Shown piece by piece: positions 25,201 to 37,699 of a stretch of DNA of 64,000 nucleotides. A model generated the notes under the pieces. That model worked only from the letters and a program-made list of their open reading frames with translations. It did not search any database and was not told the origin of the DNA. The stretch covers positions 22,816,001 through 22,880,000 of the forward strand of contig NC_043017.1 of assembly GCF_006345805.1 (NCBI RefSeq), written 5' to 3'. This DNA is from Octopus sinensis. Its lineage: Eukaryota. The position numbers were made by a program, and so were the translations under genes. Position 1 is the first letter of the stretch, and the number at the start of each line of letters is the position of its first letter.

Positions 25201-26127
25201 TATCCTGTATGTGTGTGTGTGTGTGTGTGTGTGTTTGTCCCCCATCCACCACCACTTGACAACCAGTGTTGGTGTGTTTACATCCATGTAACTTAGCAGT
25301 TTGGTAAAAGTGCCCAATAGAATAAGTATTAGGCTTAAGAAATAAGTCTTGGGGTCAATTTGTTTCGGCTAAAATCCTTTAAGGCAGTGCTCCAGCATGA
25401 CCCCAGTCAAATGACTGAAACAAGTAAAAGAATAAAAGAATACACACAAAAACACATAATGGGCTTCATACAGTTTCTATCTACGAAATTCACTCACAAG
25501 GCATTGATCGGCCAGGGACTATAATAGAAGACACCTGGCTCAACAGTGTGCTGAATATTGGGACTGAACCCACAACCATGTGGTTGTAGAATAAGCTTCT
25601 TAACCATACAGCAATGCTTTTCCATCTAGATTAATATTTTTCAACATTTTAATGAGTTCTTTATGACTTATCTCATCAAATAAATAGCTTTCCATGAACA
25701 TAATCAAAGAAATATACACAGAAGCATTCTTGTATTTCCATTCCTCTTCCAATGATAATTACAAATACCTAATATTTATATTGATTATCGTTAGTCAATG
25801 ATGTAAAATTTGTGATTAATTGACAGTAATAAGCTAAGCCGTGAAATACAGCAGATCAATTATGATCGTACTGTTTTATCAATTATTGAGGCTAAGTAAT
25901 ATCACTTGTAATTGGCCTCACTTATGATGTTGCAACTATATTGTGCTATGAGTGTTTGGTCACTGTGACTGCAACTTCATGAGGTTATGTCACTGTGACC
26001 ATAGTGGGCTTTTTTTTATGTTTTATTTTGCAGGTCGTCAAAAGAGCTTTGTAACGAGTCTTAATGTCAACAAGGAATGTAAACGTCATATCACCATTTT
26101 ACTGTGATATAATGACATGGAATGCCA

Positions 26128-26158
<31 letters not shown>

Positions 26159-26159
26159 T

Positions 26160-26507
26160 GCACAGGCATGGCTGTGAGGTAAGAAGTTTGCGTTTGCTAC
26201 ACAGTCATCGTGTGGCACCTTGGACAAGCATCTTCTACTACAGCCTCAGGCTGATCAAAGCCTTGTGAATGGATTTGGTAGATGGAAACTGGAAGAAGCC
26301 CATCGTATACATGTGTGTGTGTGTGTGTGTGTGTTTGCCCCACCCCCTCATCACTTGACAACCAGTGTTGGTGTGTAACTTAGCAGTTCAGCAAAAGGAA
26401 CTGACAGAATAAGTACTTGAGGTTGATTTTTTCGACTAAAACCCTTCAAGGTGGTGCTCCAGTATGGCCGCAGTCAAATGGCTGAAACAAGTAAAAGAAT
26501 AAAAGAG
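26160..26507 (+). mobile_element. Family A SINE, diverged
   Basis: Colinear with 4876-5268. Confidence 0.8.
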
Positions 26508-27084
26508 TGTATTTATATGCACACACATGCATACACACACAAGGGTTCTTCACAGTTTCTGTCTACCAAATTTATTCATAAGGTATTGGTCATACCAAGA
26601 TCATAGTAGAAGACACCTGCCCACTGCTTTGGCTAGAATTTCTTCACTGAAATGACTAACAATAGTCACCAATTTAACAGCGCTGCACAACAAAATGTTT
26701 CAATGACTAAAACGGTCTCATATGACTAATTGTCTCCAGAACCATGAATGTTGGGAAGAAACACATTAACAGTAATATAGTTAAGCTGGTAGTGTTAATG
26801 AATTTCATTGAATTGAGCTCAAATACCTAATTGGAAATTAACCTCAGTGATTTATTTTATTAAAAGTATAAATATATTATTAGTTGAAAGTATGACTGAT
26901 GATAACAACCATTGAACCAATTGACAAACAATGGTTATAAGTCTTGTTAGATTCGCTGATAGTTCTGAATCAAATGTATTTTACTGGACACAATGGAAGA
27001 TAGATAATAGTTGTGACTGATAAACTAACAATAGCATGAATGCTTTGAAAGACAACCTGTGTTGACAAGAATATAATAACCTGC

Positions 27085-27620
27085 AGTGAAGGCATGTAGT
27101 GAAGTGGTTAGGGCATTCAGCTCACAGTCGTATGGTCATCAGTTCGATACCCTGGTGGGGCACCGTGTCCTTGAGCAGGATATTTTATTTCACATTACTC
27201 CAGTCAACTCAGCTGCCGAAAATGAGTCGTACCTGTATTTCAAATGACCAAACTTGTCTCATTCCATTTCACACTGAATCTCCCTGAGAACTATGTTAAC
27301 CCTTTTGTTACCAACCTGGCTGAAACCGGTTCTGGCTCTGAGTACAAATGTCTTGTTTTTATAAGTTTTGAATTAAAATCTTCCACCAAACCTTAGTCAC
27401 AATTTATGTTCCTAACACTAGTTGAATGATAACTAAGTTATTTTACTAAATTCTTTGTTATATTTAAAGTAATTCAAAGAAACACAGAGCATCTCAAAAT
27501 AAATACAGTAACAAAAGGGTTAAGGATATGCATATTTGTGGGGTGCTAGCCATTTCTACATTAGTTTCATTGATCGGATCAGCTGGAATCTTTGTCGTCA
27601 TAACTGACAGAGTACTGGTT
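27085..27620 (+). mobile_element. tRNA-derived SINE (family E) interrupted by a piggyBac-like MITE
   Basis: Head GTGAAGGCATGTAGTGAAGTGGTTAGGGCATTC..AGTTCGATACC; TTGAGCAGG..ACTCCAGTCAACTCAGCTG core shared with 60025-60230. Confidence 0.7.
27296..27523. mobile_element. piggyBac-like MITE
   Basis: TTAA-CCCTTTTGTTAC ... GTAACAAAAGGG-TTAA perfect TIR with TTAA duplication. Confidence 0.85.
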
Positions 27621-28299
27621 TTGTAATATCTGTAGGGGGGGGGGTCAATGAAATAAGTATCACTTTAGTATTGGGGTCAATATAATCAACTAGTCCCCTT
27701 CCCCATAACTTGCTGGCCTTGTGCCAAAATTTGAAACCAATATTTCAGCAAGTGTAGCTCAACAGTTCTGACCAACCACACTGTTTCTTTATTCTCTGAC
27801 TGACAGACTGACTGCACCATGACATAAATTCTGCATGACTACAAGCTGACATCAATACAGTTCTGACTGAATGCATTGTTATCCTGTTTAACACCACCAC
27901 CACCCTGGCCCTTAGGTGCCTTTTATGGAGTTTACTCATTTGCAAGCAATTCAACCAGTTCTCTAATCTGAAGATATGCACTGCTTCCTATTGCAGCTAT
28001 CCATGTATTGCGGTGCCCTCCACCCTTTCTCCCAAATACTCAACAGAAGCCTTGTAAAGGTCATGGTTGCTGCATTTACTTTTCTGTCTGAGCCAGGGGT
28101 GGGGAACCTTTTCAGTAACACAGACAATTGCAAGTACATAAGAACTTGTGCTGAGAAAAATAACGACCTTTTAATTGCACAAATACATTTCTAACTTAAA
28201 TTACCATCTTAGTCTTCAGGCTTAAAACATGATTTTCATATGGGTTTTTAGAGACTATGATGAATTAAAATTTGATTGTAGGTAAAATTTTGTCTACTG

Positions 28300-28690
28300 A
28301 CATGGCTTTTCCTCATCTCTGGTCTAAACTATAAAGAAAGTAACATACAATTATAACAGACAGACTATAGTAAACGCAGATTCAAAGACCAGATGACATC
28401 TTCCTTCCTTCAAGCTGGAATTAGCCCTAACACCTGAAAAACAGAAGCCACCGACTGTACATCCTGATGAAGAGTAATTCATTTTGGCTGTTCCACTTTT
28501 GAGGAGAGATGAAACACTGATGAAAAAGCAACTAGAAGGCAACTCAAAGCTCAACAGCTCCAGCCAAGACCACCACCCACACTGCCATGCAATCAATGCC
28601 TGAGATTGTTCTATTCCTGACTTGGCCTTCTGAGCCATTGTCAGGTTTAAGCATCAAAGAAGCACCAGATGAACCAAACATGGACACCAG
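28300..28690 (+). mobile_element. Degenerate RTE-clade LINE 3' end with C2H2-like terminal motif
   Basis: KRRFKDQM..AGISPNT*KTEATDCTS**RVIHFGCSTFEE..RRQLKAQQLQPRPPPTLPCNQCLRLFYS*LGLLSHC matches RTE ORF end CxxCxRxFxSxxGLxSH. Confidence 0.75.
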
Positions 28691-29829
28691 AGGTGCCAAC
28701 AATGATACCGTTATACAATAGTTCCGAATGACTAACTACATGCTGACTAAACTTCTAAATGACTGAGTACAGTGGGGAAGTAACAGACTAACATCATGGT
28801 TTTGACTGACTGACACCATGAGGGAGACTACGTGCTAGAAATAGTAGCCAAATCTTCATCACAATGCACTACACTGTCTTATATAACAAAAGGATGCATT
28901 ATATAATATAGTGTTATGCAGTCTTAAAAAGGCAGAATTGTTATGGCTAGAATTCATTTAATTATAGCAAGAATGCATTTAATCATAGCTAGAATGTTAT
29001 TCAATCATATTTGATTTGGGGTAAAACAATAAGTATTACAGAGAAGCATTGCTGTTCTGACTAACCACATTGTTACATAACAAGAGACAGCTGACTGATT
29101 AACTTCAGTGTGACAACAGTTCTCGTTAGTTCACTGGCAGTGCTGTAACTTTACATCTCCGACTTGTTAACGAGGTTGCGATAAAAGTCGTGAGTCACAG
29201 TGCAAATATTGCTATCACTGCTGCAAACGACTATGATGACAGCTAGATAACTGTGACTAATTAAATGATATTTGATAACAGAAGTATAATATGCAAATGC
29301 TTTGTAATGCTAATCATGTAGTAACTTTAAATACATGTGTATGAAATAGATGTACAGAGATGATAAACTGGTTACAATAGTTCTCTTTTATTTACTACAC
29401 AGTATCGGTAGTGTAAGCCTTTTCTTGCCTATGTAATACTATATTAAAACATATGTTCACTTCTGAAAGTTTGTAATTACAGGTCTCAATAAGGCAACAA
29501 GCTGGCAGAATTGTTAGCATGCAGGGCAAAATGCTCAGAGGCATTTCATCCATCTGTAGTGACGCCTGGTTCCAGATGCCATTTTGGGATTTTCATCCAC
29601 ACAGGCGCAAGGATTAGTCTTCTGGAAGGCCTGCTGGAAGTCCCTTATGCGCAGTCATCAGCAGCAGCTAGGTCTTACCGCTATTCTCTCGCTTTTGCTC
29701 CTGTCGGTAACGGAGCTAGGTGCAACCAGACAAGCTCTGTGTGAAGGCGATTTACGACTTTGGCAAATCTGTGAAGAATGGCTTCACAGCTGTGATGCAA
29801 CCGACTCTACTGCTTCCACACACACACCC

Positions 29830-30125
29830 CCATTCCTGGCGTCCAGGTATTTATTCTATCAGTCTCTTTGACGAACCACAGAGTTACAGGTAAATAAACA
29901 CACCAATACTGATTGACAAGCAGTGGTGGGAGACAACCACAGACACAAAGACACACATACAGAGCAGGCTTCTTTCAGTTTCTATCTACCAAGTCCACTC
30001 ACAAGGCTTCGGTCAGCCTGAGGCTATAGTAGAAGACACTTGCCCAAGGTGCCACACAGTAAGACTGAACCCAAAACCATGTGTTTGAGAAGCAAGTTTC
30101 TTGCCACACAGCCATGCCTGCACCT
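29830..30125 (-). mobile_element. Family A SINE, diverged
   Basis: Reverse complement of family A head and body. Confidence 0.8.
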
Positions 30126-31419
30126 ATATGCTAAATAGATTTTTGTAGGGTAGATTGAGCTCCTTACCTGTGGTGAAAGCAATCAATCTAGAAGAGGGAA
30201 AACTAAATTAATACCCATTTCCAGCATGCCTAAGCCAGCACAGATGATAAAGAGTGCATTCTTCCACAGGTGGAGATAGAGGGGAAACAAATGATGGATG
30301 TTGTTCATATTCCTCGAATGAAAATTCTTAAGAAAAAAATTTTTATACGAAAAAAGTATAGTGTGAAAAGAAATTTGCTGAGATAAGAATAAATGAGCTC
30401 CATACATATCTCTGTCAATGGAATAGATACAACAATTTGTGCTTCATTAAACTAGATTTGACTAGATTTTGAGGATAAAAGAACTAAAGTAGAATGACAG
30501 CATTTGTTCCATTTGAACTGATTGAAAAAGAGAGAGCTACAACAGTTTGCTCCAACATGTTTGCTGAGGAGAGAAAGAATGAAACAGATTTGAATTCTGC
30601 TCTGATAACCAGGAATGGCTAAAAGTTAGGTGCTCTCTCGTTGGTCTCAATGCATCCAATGAAACAGAGAATGGTTTCATTGATATTTGTCATTGTGGTA
30701 TTTCTAGTTGTGTGTAGAGCTTCCCTTATTGGCTTCTATAGTCAGGCCTGGATAAAACATTAAGCAAAATAAGCATGTTCTTAAGATACAAACAGAAGGA
30801 AGCACTATTGAGATTTAAGTATTTTTCTTTGTTTTTCCAGTGTTATATTCACCATTATGTAAGTGACACAACTGGACCAGAGCCTGAGAAAAATTGCCCC
30901 AAGCAGTCTGCAAGATTCTCCCATGAGACAGCTGTACTCAATATATTTTGAGCTTTGATATTTGGAGTACCGTACTTTATGAGCAACACCAACAACTCTA
31001 TGAATTTGACCCCTTAACTGAAAGTACCATCAATGTAGGTGAGAGACTCGTGACCTCTCTATCAAAACACTGATAGTAGATATGGCAAAATCTGGTAGAC
31101 ACAACAAATATGCAAAACAGCAAGAAGGCATGGAGCATCATCCGGAAAATCAGAAATCATCCATCAACCTCAACACAGAAGCAGTATACCACAAATGCCA
31201 ATGATATTGTGCACCAGTTGCTGCCTAATGGGAAATTCACTTCTGAAGAGCCAAAGCCAAAGGTAGCTCCAGCAGGGCACTCCCACACTTCTGGACTGGC
31301 TAAGCTAGTCTCCTTGAGGAGATTAATATCAGTATCAACATTCCTAAGACTGGTAAAGCCAGATGGAATACTGAAGGCTGATCTCAAGACATTGAGTCTT
31401 ATGAAGGAGATGACTGGAT

Positions 31420-31875
31420 GAAGTATTGAAGGCCAATCTCAAGACATTGAGCCTTATAAAGGAGATGGCCAAGGAGTGAGATATCTGGTGCATCCCTGTA
31501 CTGAAGAAGACCTGTCTGCCACTACAGATTTGATACCAGTGCTGGTGCCACATTAAAAGCAGCACTGGTGCCACATTAAAAGCACTCGTGCTGGTGCCAC
31601 TTTGAAAGCACTCATGCTGGTGCCACATTAAAAGCATTCGTGCTGATGTACATTAAAAGCACTCTTGCTGGTGCCACATTAAAAGCATTCTTGCCGGTGT
31701 CACATAAAAAGCACCCAGGATACTCTGTGGAGTGATTGGCACTAGGAAGGGCATCCAGCCATAGAAACCATGCTAGAACATACAATAGAGCTTTATGCAG
31801 CCCCTGGCCTTAGCAGCTCCAGTCAACTGTCCAACCCATGCCAGCATGGAAAACGGACATTAAATGATGATGAGA
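31420..31875 (+). mobile_element. RTE-LINE 3' UTR with internal minisatellite
   Basis: Ends AGGAAGGGCATCCAGCC..CCAACCCATGCCAGCATGGAAAACGGACATTAAATGATGATG. Confidence 0.8.
31539..31715 (+). repeat. ~26-bp tandem repeat GTGCTGGTGCCACATTAAAAGCACTC (about 7 units)
   Basis: Directly visible; each unit has GTGCT..AGCAC inverted ends; related degenerate array at about 11942-12050. Confidence 0.9.
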
Positions 31876-33641
31876 TCAAGCACTTTGAGCCTCTGATATG
31901 GAAGTAGATTTTGAGCTGATGAGTAAGAAAGTGCATGCTAACAAAAAAACATACCAAAGATCCGGTAAAAGCAGGATTATTTGCTCTTCTCCAACTGGGC
32001 AAAGATCCAGCATATGCAACAGAACTTTTGTCCAAACTTTCTGCTATGCCAACCATATAAGCTGTTTGAATGCCTGATCTTTATCAGGCTTTCCTATGCT
32101 GTTAAACCATCTGTCATTCTTCAACAAGCTATATTCTGATCTGAAAAATCTATAACAAGTCAAATTCTCAATCTCATTCAACATATTGGGAATAGTTTTT
32201 TTTAAGAAAAAGCCAGTTAACAGGAGCCGTCTTTGTTGATCTGTCTGCTACATATGACATGGTGAACCACTTCCTCCTCCTCTGGAAAAACTTTTGGAGT
32301 TGACAAAAGATCTGGCACTTATAGACCTCACAGGAGCCCTCCTGAAAAATAGGTGCATCTTTGTTGTCTTGGTTAACAAAGTCACTGGTGTTGACAACAG
32401 AAAGGCTTATCCCAAGGTAGTGTGCTGGCTCTACTACCACACATCTGCTGTAATGACCAGCCAATGGACGGACCAGAAATTTCAGATTTGTACTAATCAC
32501 CTTTGCCTAACATCTCAAGGGGGTACATTTGAAGCAATAGAAGCAAATCACATCTCAGCCCTTTGTGAACTACCCAACTCATTCTGGTACCACACAAAAA
32601 GCACTCATTATAATTTAATGTCCGTTTTCCATGTTAGCATGGGTTGGACAGTTGACTGAAGCTGCTAAGGCCAGGGGCTGCACAAAGCTCTATTGTATGC
32701 TCTAGCATTGTTTCTACCCTTCCTAATGCTAATCACCCCATAGAGTATCCTGGGTCCTTTTTATATGGCCCCAGTACCAGTGCTCAACTCTTTTTGTTCC
32801 ATCTACAGAATTGTGAGGCCAACAATACCAAAAACATTAAATGGCCAGGGAATATCACTGGTACACTGTACCCACCCCTTCTACTTTGAAACAACTTTGT
32901 ACCACATTCTTTTAGGAGTACATCAAAATCAAATTGAAAGTTGGTACCTAGAATAAAATCTTGCAGAAACAACATCCATTGCAGCATAGAGTTGCAATTA
33001 AACAATGCAAACAACTTCAGAATAAAACTGGTGGATGCATGTATCATATGTATAATGTTGCTAAGACACACAAACACTTTCCACAAACTGCTGGTCATTG
33101 AGGATAGTAGCTTTTGTCTGTACAAAAGACATTAAACTGCATCTGGTGGGGAAATTCCAGAACAAAGTTCAAACTTTTTGTGGATTAAATTGTTACCCCT
33201 TAGTCACCACTATTTCCTGGTTTGCTCTAGCTTGGGAGTGAAATGCTTTTGAAGAGCCCCGGTTATTAGTCAAATGGCAGAAAATGGTCCAGTGGCTAAG
33301 ACTCAGAGGAGGTTTGCTCCCAAGGCATGTGTCACACAAGTATGTTCATACACATCAGTGTATGAACATGCCATGATATCACATGAAGCAGTTTTCTTGT
33401 TTGAAAGATAAATGAGTCTTACGCCTCAGAGATAAGCCCAGCAAAGCAGAAAACCAACAGAGTCAACTGAAAATAAACCAGCAAATGGCCATGGGAAATC
33501 ACTAACGTAACTTAATCCATGAAAAATTATGAAACTTCAGACTTTGGCATGGAGATCCATGACTGTCAGCACCTGTAGGTATGGTACATAGAGAGAAAGA
33601 GAGAGAGAGAGAGAGAGAGGGAGAGTGTGGGAGAGAGAGAA

Positions 33642-33688
<47 letters not shown>

Positions 33689-33744
33689 ACACACGTGCTT
33701 CTGAAAGGTAGAAACTTCAAACATATCAAGTCATTATTTATTCC

Positions 33745-34391
33745 ATATGATGTTACTGATTCTGAATTTCAATACACCAATCCTGGCTTTCACAATGAAC
33801 ATCTAGAGAATATTATCCAATGTGATCTAGATCAATTCTGACAGCAAATCTCTTCAGTTCAAGCTATCTCCTTCAGATGTGATACTTCAGCTGGTAGAAT
33901 GCAGAAGGATAATCAGTTTGTGCAACAGAAAATAACAGACAAGCGCAGAGAAGAAAGGACACTTTTCTTGGGAATTGGTGAAGTAATACAATCTAGTACA
34001 GCAGGGCATGTGGAAATCCTTTCTAAAGACACAAAGTAACTTTTAAAATTCAATATTTTCAGAAACATTACTTATAACGGAAGGGAAAAATAGTGACAAA
34101 GGCACAAAAGTTTATGGGTACAGCTAGATTGACTTGAGAAGTTCAATACAATGTATCCAATGATGAAATTAGTTTGTGCAGTACATATCTCATCACATAC
34201 ACTAAAGTATGTTGCACAAGCCAGTTGCAGAAATTCAACATATCAATGGAAAGGCTGATGGAATTGTCACTAGCTTGCTTACCAACCACATGGTTCTGGG
34301 TTCAGTCCCATTGCATGGAACTTTGGGCAAGTGTTTTCTACCAAAGCCTTGTGAGTGGATCTGGTAGACAGAAACTGAAAGAAGCCCGTTG

Positions 34392-34426
<35 letters not shown>

Positions 34427-34960
34427 GTGTGTATATGTTTGTGTGTCTGTGTTTGTCCCTCCAACATCGCTTGACAACTGATGCTGGTGTGTTTACGTCC
34501 CTGTAACTTAGCGGATCGGCAAAAGTACTAAGCTTAAAAAGAATAAGTCCTGGGGTCGATTTGCTTGGCTAAAAGCGGTGCTCCAGTATTGCCACAGTCA
34601 AATGACTGAAACAAGTAAAAGAGTAACCACAACAAACATCAGAATTGGAGCCAATTACAGTAAACGACTAATTCCCTTTAGAATTTTCCTTGAATTTCAT
34701 GGATACTGTTCTGTTTTATGGAAAGCATTAGTTATTTGCCAATGCCATTAGTTATTCGCTCACAACAGAATAATGTGAATCAAACTAACTGCTTTGGGAT
34801 ATTTCTTCTTAATGAAGACAATTTCCAACGGATGTGATTCAAAGCAGATGTTTCATTTTTGTTTAATAATTTTCAGCACTACTTCAGAAATTCAGATCTT
34901 TAACAAGAAGTTTGAGTGCCTTATGGAGATACCATAACTTAAAAGTTGGGGGGAAAACAC
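33745..34960 (+). pseudogene. hAT-superfamily (ZNF862-like) transposase relic split by a family A SINE (34262-34627)
   Basis: FQYTNPGFHNEHLENIIQCD..AISFRCDTSAGRMQKDN..LFLGIGEV; MKLVCAVH; EFSLNFMDTVL; LLNEDNFQRM*FKADV resemble hAT transposase blocks I recall; several stops. Confidence 0.55.
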
Positions 34961-35719
34961 TGCTTTAATCTTGATAAAACAGCCAACTTTGATAAACAAA
35001 TGTATCCTTGTGGTTGAAAGAAAGATAACCACCCAAAAGAAATAATTTTGCCACAGATTTCAGAAGTCTTAATGAGGTATATAATGAAGTTAGGTGGTGA
35101 ACTAGCAGAATCAAGAGTACTTCAGGCATTTAATCTGCCTTTACATTCTGAGTTCAAATTCTGCCAAGGTCAACTTGCCTTTCACCTCTTTTGGAGTCGA
35201 TAAAATAAGAACCAGTTGATCAGTGCAGTTCGTGTAATTGCCCCCCCCCCCCACCAACCTCAAAATTGCTGGCCTCATGCCAAAATTCGAAACTGATATC
35301 TATAATTAAATAATGTGTACCCTTGAAGGGTTGGAGTCGCTATAGCATGGATTGCCTTCCGCAAGCTAATGGCAACTCATGAGAGCCTAATATCCTTGAA
35401 GATGTTGGTCTTGATACAGATTTGTCAGAACAGGTAAATATGAAACAAAAAACAAAAGTAGCAGAGTAATAGAAAGTAAGAGAAAGTCATGCAAACAAGT
35501 TCCACAAATCATGTGGACAATGAATTTTTCCCTTTCAAGATTTTGAGCAAAATTCTTGTAATCAATCTATTGACTTCATATTGGATAACTTCCTGTAATT
35601 TGTCAAGAATTACCTGGCAAATCCCTTCTATAAAACTGTATGTCAACAAACTATTTTATACATAGAAATGAATATTCTAGTGTTAGCCAGTTCTGATTCC
35701 AGGCCTGCCACTTTATATT

Positions 35720-35880
35720 CGATTTTTTATTACCCACAAGGGGCGAACATAGAGGGGACAATACAATCTGATGTGGGGTCAGACTTTCGAATGGGATTAC
35801 AAAAAGATGAATTTAAAAATTTACAAAAATACAAAAATATGAAGAAATCGAATGAAGAACAGACCAGAAGACATTACGGA
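35720..35880 (-). mobile_element. L1/Tx1-like LINE 3' UTR fragment
   Basis: About 90 bp homologous to 39960-40060, ending TTGTATTGTCCCCTCTATGTTCGCCCCTTGTGGGTAATAAAA. Confidence 0.55.
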
Positions 35881-35966
35881 TGAAGTGGGGGCGGGTTTAG
35901 CTCGGACCCCATGAGCCCCGCCTCACCACTGATACTTTGGTTTTCGTCTTGTTTTACATTTATATT

Positions 35967-36039
35967 GATAGGCTTGGTCAGTTGGTAGTGCACAAGACTC
36001 TTAATTTCTGAGTCATGGGTTCAAGCTCAGCATTGCACA
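35967..36039 (+). pseudogene. tRNA-Lys(CTT)-like pseudogene or SINE head
   Basis: GGCTTGGTCAGTTGGTAGTGCACAAGACTCTTAATTTCTGAGTCATGGGTTCAAGCTC aligns with canonical tRNA-Lys GGCTAGCTCAGTCGGTAGAGCATGAGACTCTTAATCTCAGGGTCGTGGGTTCGAGCCC; acceptor stem broken. Confidence 0.7.
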
Positions 36040-36605
36040 GATACTCTTTGTCTAACTCAAGCTGCCATGGACTATGAATGTCAAATGAAGATAGAAATGG
36101 AAATGCAGACTTAACAACCTAGAAAAAAATTACAAATAAAAATGGTTTACAAACTCCTTTGAGTTAAAAATTCAAAAAAAAAGTTGAAAAAAAGACACAA
36201 AAATTGATTCATGCACTTTTCCTTACAAGAATTATACGACATTTTATACTAACGGTGTAATGATTAACTATGCACAGGTGTTTCTTGTTTATCTTCGTTG
36301 TTTGTGGATATATTTGAACCAGCCATTGTTTTGTAAGAAAAATTAGATTATTTATGCATATAAAGAAGATATTTCTGATATATACTTCTAAACATGAGAA
36401 CAATTTACTTCCAAAATGCTTGTAAACTGTGTAATCTATTTTGGAAAGTGTCTACCTCTTTTTATTGGAATATAAATTCTAGTGATACGATTCATATCTA
36501 ATTTCGTTGCTGTTGATGTCGTAAGCATGCATGGACGTCTCCAAACATTAGACAGTGCTTATTAAGTTACCTTTCTCTAATATTTGTTCGTATTTAAATA
36601 TTTTT

Positions 36606-36963
36606 GCAAGTGTGACTGTGTAGTTAAGCAGTTTGCTCCCCAACCACTTGGTTCTGGGTTCATCCCCACTGCCGAGCATCTTGGGCAAGTGTGCTGTACT
36701 ATTGCTCCAAGCCAACCAAAGCCTTGCAAGTGGATTTGGTAGATGGAAACTGAAAGTAGCCCATCACATGTATGTGCATGTGTGGTGGTGGTCGTGGGGG
36801 GGCGAATGAGTATTTATTCCCCACCACTGCTTGACAACCGGTTTTGGTGTTTACGTCCCCACAATTTAGCGGCAAACGAGACTGATAGAATAAGTACCAG
36901 TATTTAAAAAAATAAGTACTGGGATCGTTTCAGTTGACCAAAGCATGGCCGCAGTCTAATGAG
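36606..36963 (+). mobile_element. Family A SINE, diverged
   Basis: Colinear with family A. Confidence 0.8.
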
Positions 36964-37158
36964 TGGGGAAGATACATCTCAGGCCATATTTCTCATCATA
37001 ATTTTGAGTAGAAATAATTATATATACAATCAATAAGTAAAAACTACCGCATTTGATGGCATAAAAGATGCACGGATGTATTTGACGCATCCCAATTTCA
37101 GCAGCCCACATTCAGGAACAAAAGTTATTTGTGCATTAAAGCTTATGGGACGCTTAAC

Positions 37159-37567
37159 GGATCTTTTCAGTTTGAACGGCAGTTTTTAACGTAATTTCTA
37201 GGTAACTTAAAAATTTTAAACTTCGTATACTGGTAGATTGTGTTTATAAAACATCTTTTCTCTTGGCTTTATTGAGAAAATTCTATAGTTTGTAAGATAT
37301 TTGTTGTTTTTTTTCTTCAATTTCTACAATTTCAACCAATCACTGACGTCCATTGAGGTAAAAAACATTCTGTGCCGTATGAATATGTCCCTCGTTTAAG
37401 AAACAGATTGGGTTTATTTACATTTGAGAAAAAAAAAATTTATCCTCCCCCCACCCCTAACCCTAAAACAGATTGAAATGCAATAGATCGATACTAGGGT
37501 CATAATTATGGGTGACAATTTCATATGACACCGCTAGAAAAAACTGTCGTTCAAACCGAAAAGATCC
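37159..37567. mobile_element. MITE with ~29-bp TIRs
   Basis: GGATCTTTTCAGTTTGAACGGCAGTTTTT ... AAAAACTGTCGTTCAAACCGAAAAGATCC; internal CCCTAACCCTAA. Confidence 0.8.
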
Positions 37568-37699
37568 CGCTTAACTTCACATGTAGAACTCGGGAGGCTT
37601 TTTTGAGCCATTTTTTCTCAACCGGGTTCCAAATAAGATTTTGCTAAAGTCTAAGTGCAATAAACAGGAAATTATTTTTACACTACACGATATATTTGA

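Larger units (their letters stand above)
24668..25440 (+). mobile_element. Family A SINE split by a Penelope-type insertion
   Basis: Head half 24668-24838 and tail half 25205-25440 flank unrelated sequence at the internal microsatellite. Confidence 0.8.
30850..33480 (+). mobile_element. Highly degenerate Ingi-like LINE ORF (RT region) split by RTE tails
   Basis: QLYEFDPLTESTINVGERL..NMQNSKKAWSIIRKI..NANDIVHQLLPNGK; GKDPAYA; TGAVFVDLSATYDMVNH; KGLSQGSVLA; LCLTSQGGTFEAIE; many stops and frameshifts. Confidence 0.7.

Noticed and set aside
1096-26100. Scattered plus-strand splice-like sites (about 1100-1167, 2360, 15925, 17464-17613, 26035)
   Set aside because: Frames close quickly and no consistent chain forms; a spliced lncRNA cannot be excluded but is unsupported without RNA data.
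28455-28470. CTGATGAAGAG hammerhead-like core
   Set aside because: No stem II or downstream GAAA; it is decayed W-R-R codons of the RTE fragment.
31539-31715. CRISPR-like array of palindromic ~26-bp repeats
   Set aside because: Units are head-to-tail with no unique spacers, there are no cas genes, and the array lies inside an RTE 3' UTR in eukaryotic DNA.
35329-35433. 105-nt plus-strand segment with AG/GT ends and in-frame TGA (MDCLPQANGNS*EPNILEDVG..), possible selenocysteine
   Set aside because: No SECIS-like element or selenoprotein motif seen; weak acceptor; it lies beside the hAT relic and may be part of it.
35967-36039. Functional tRNA-Lys gene
   Set aside because: Acceptor and T stems are disrupted and there is no oligo-T terminator; kept only as a pseudogene or SINE head.
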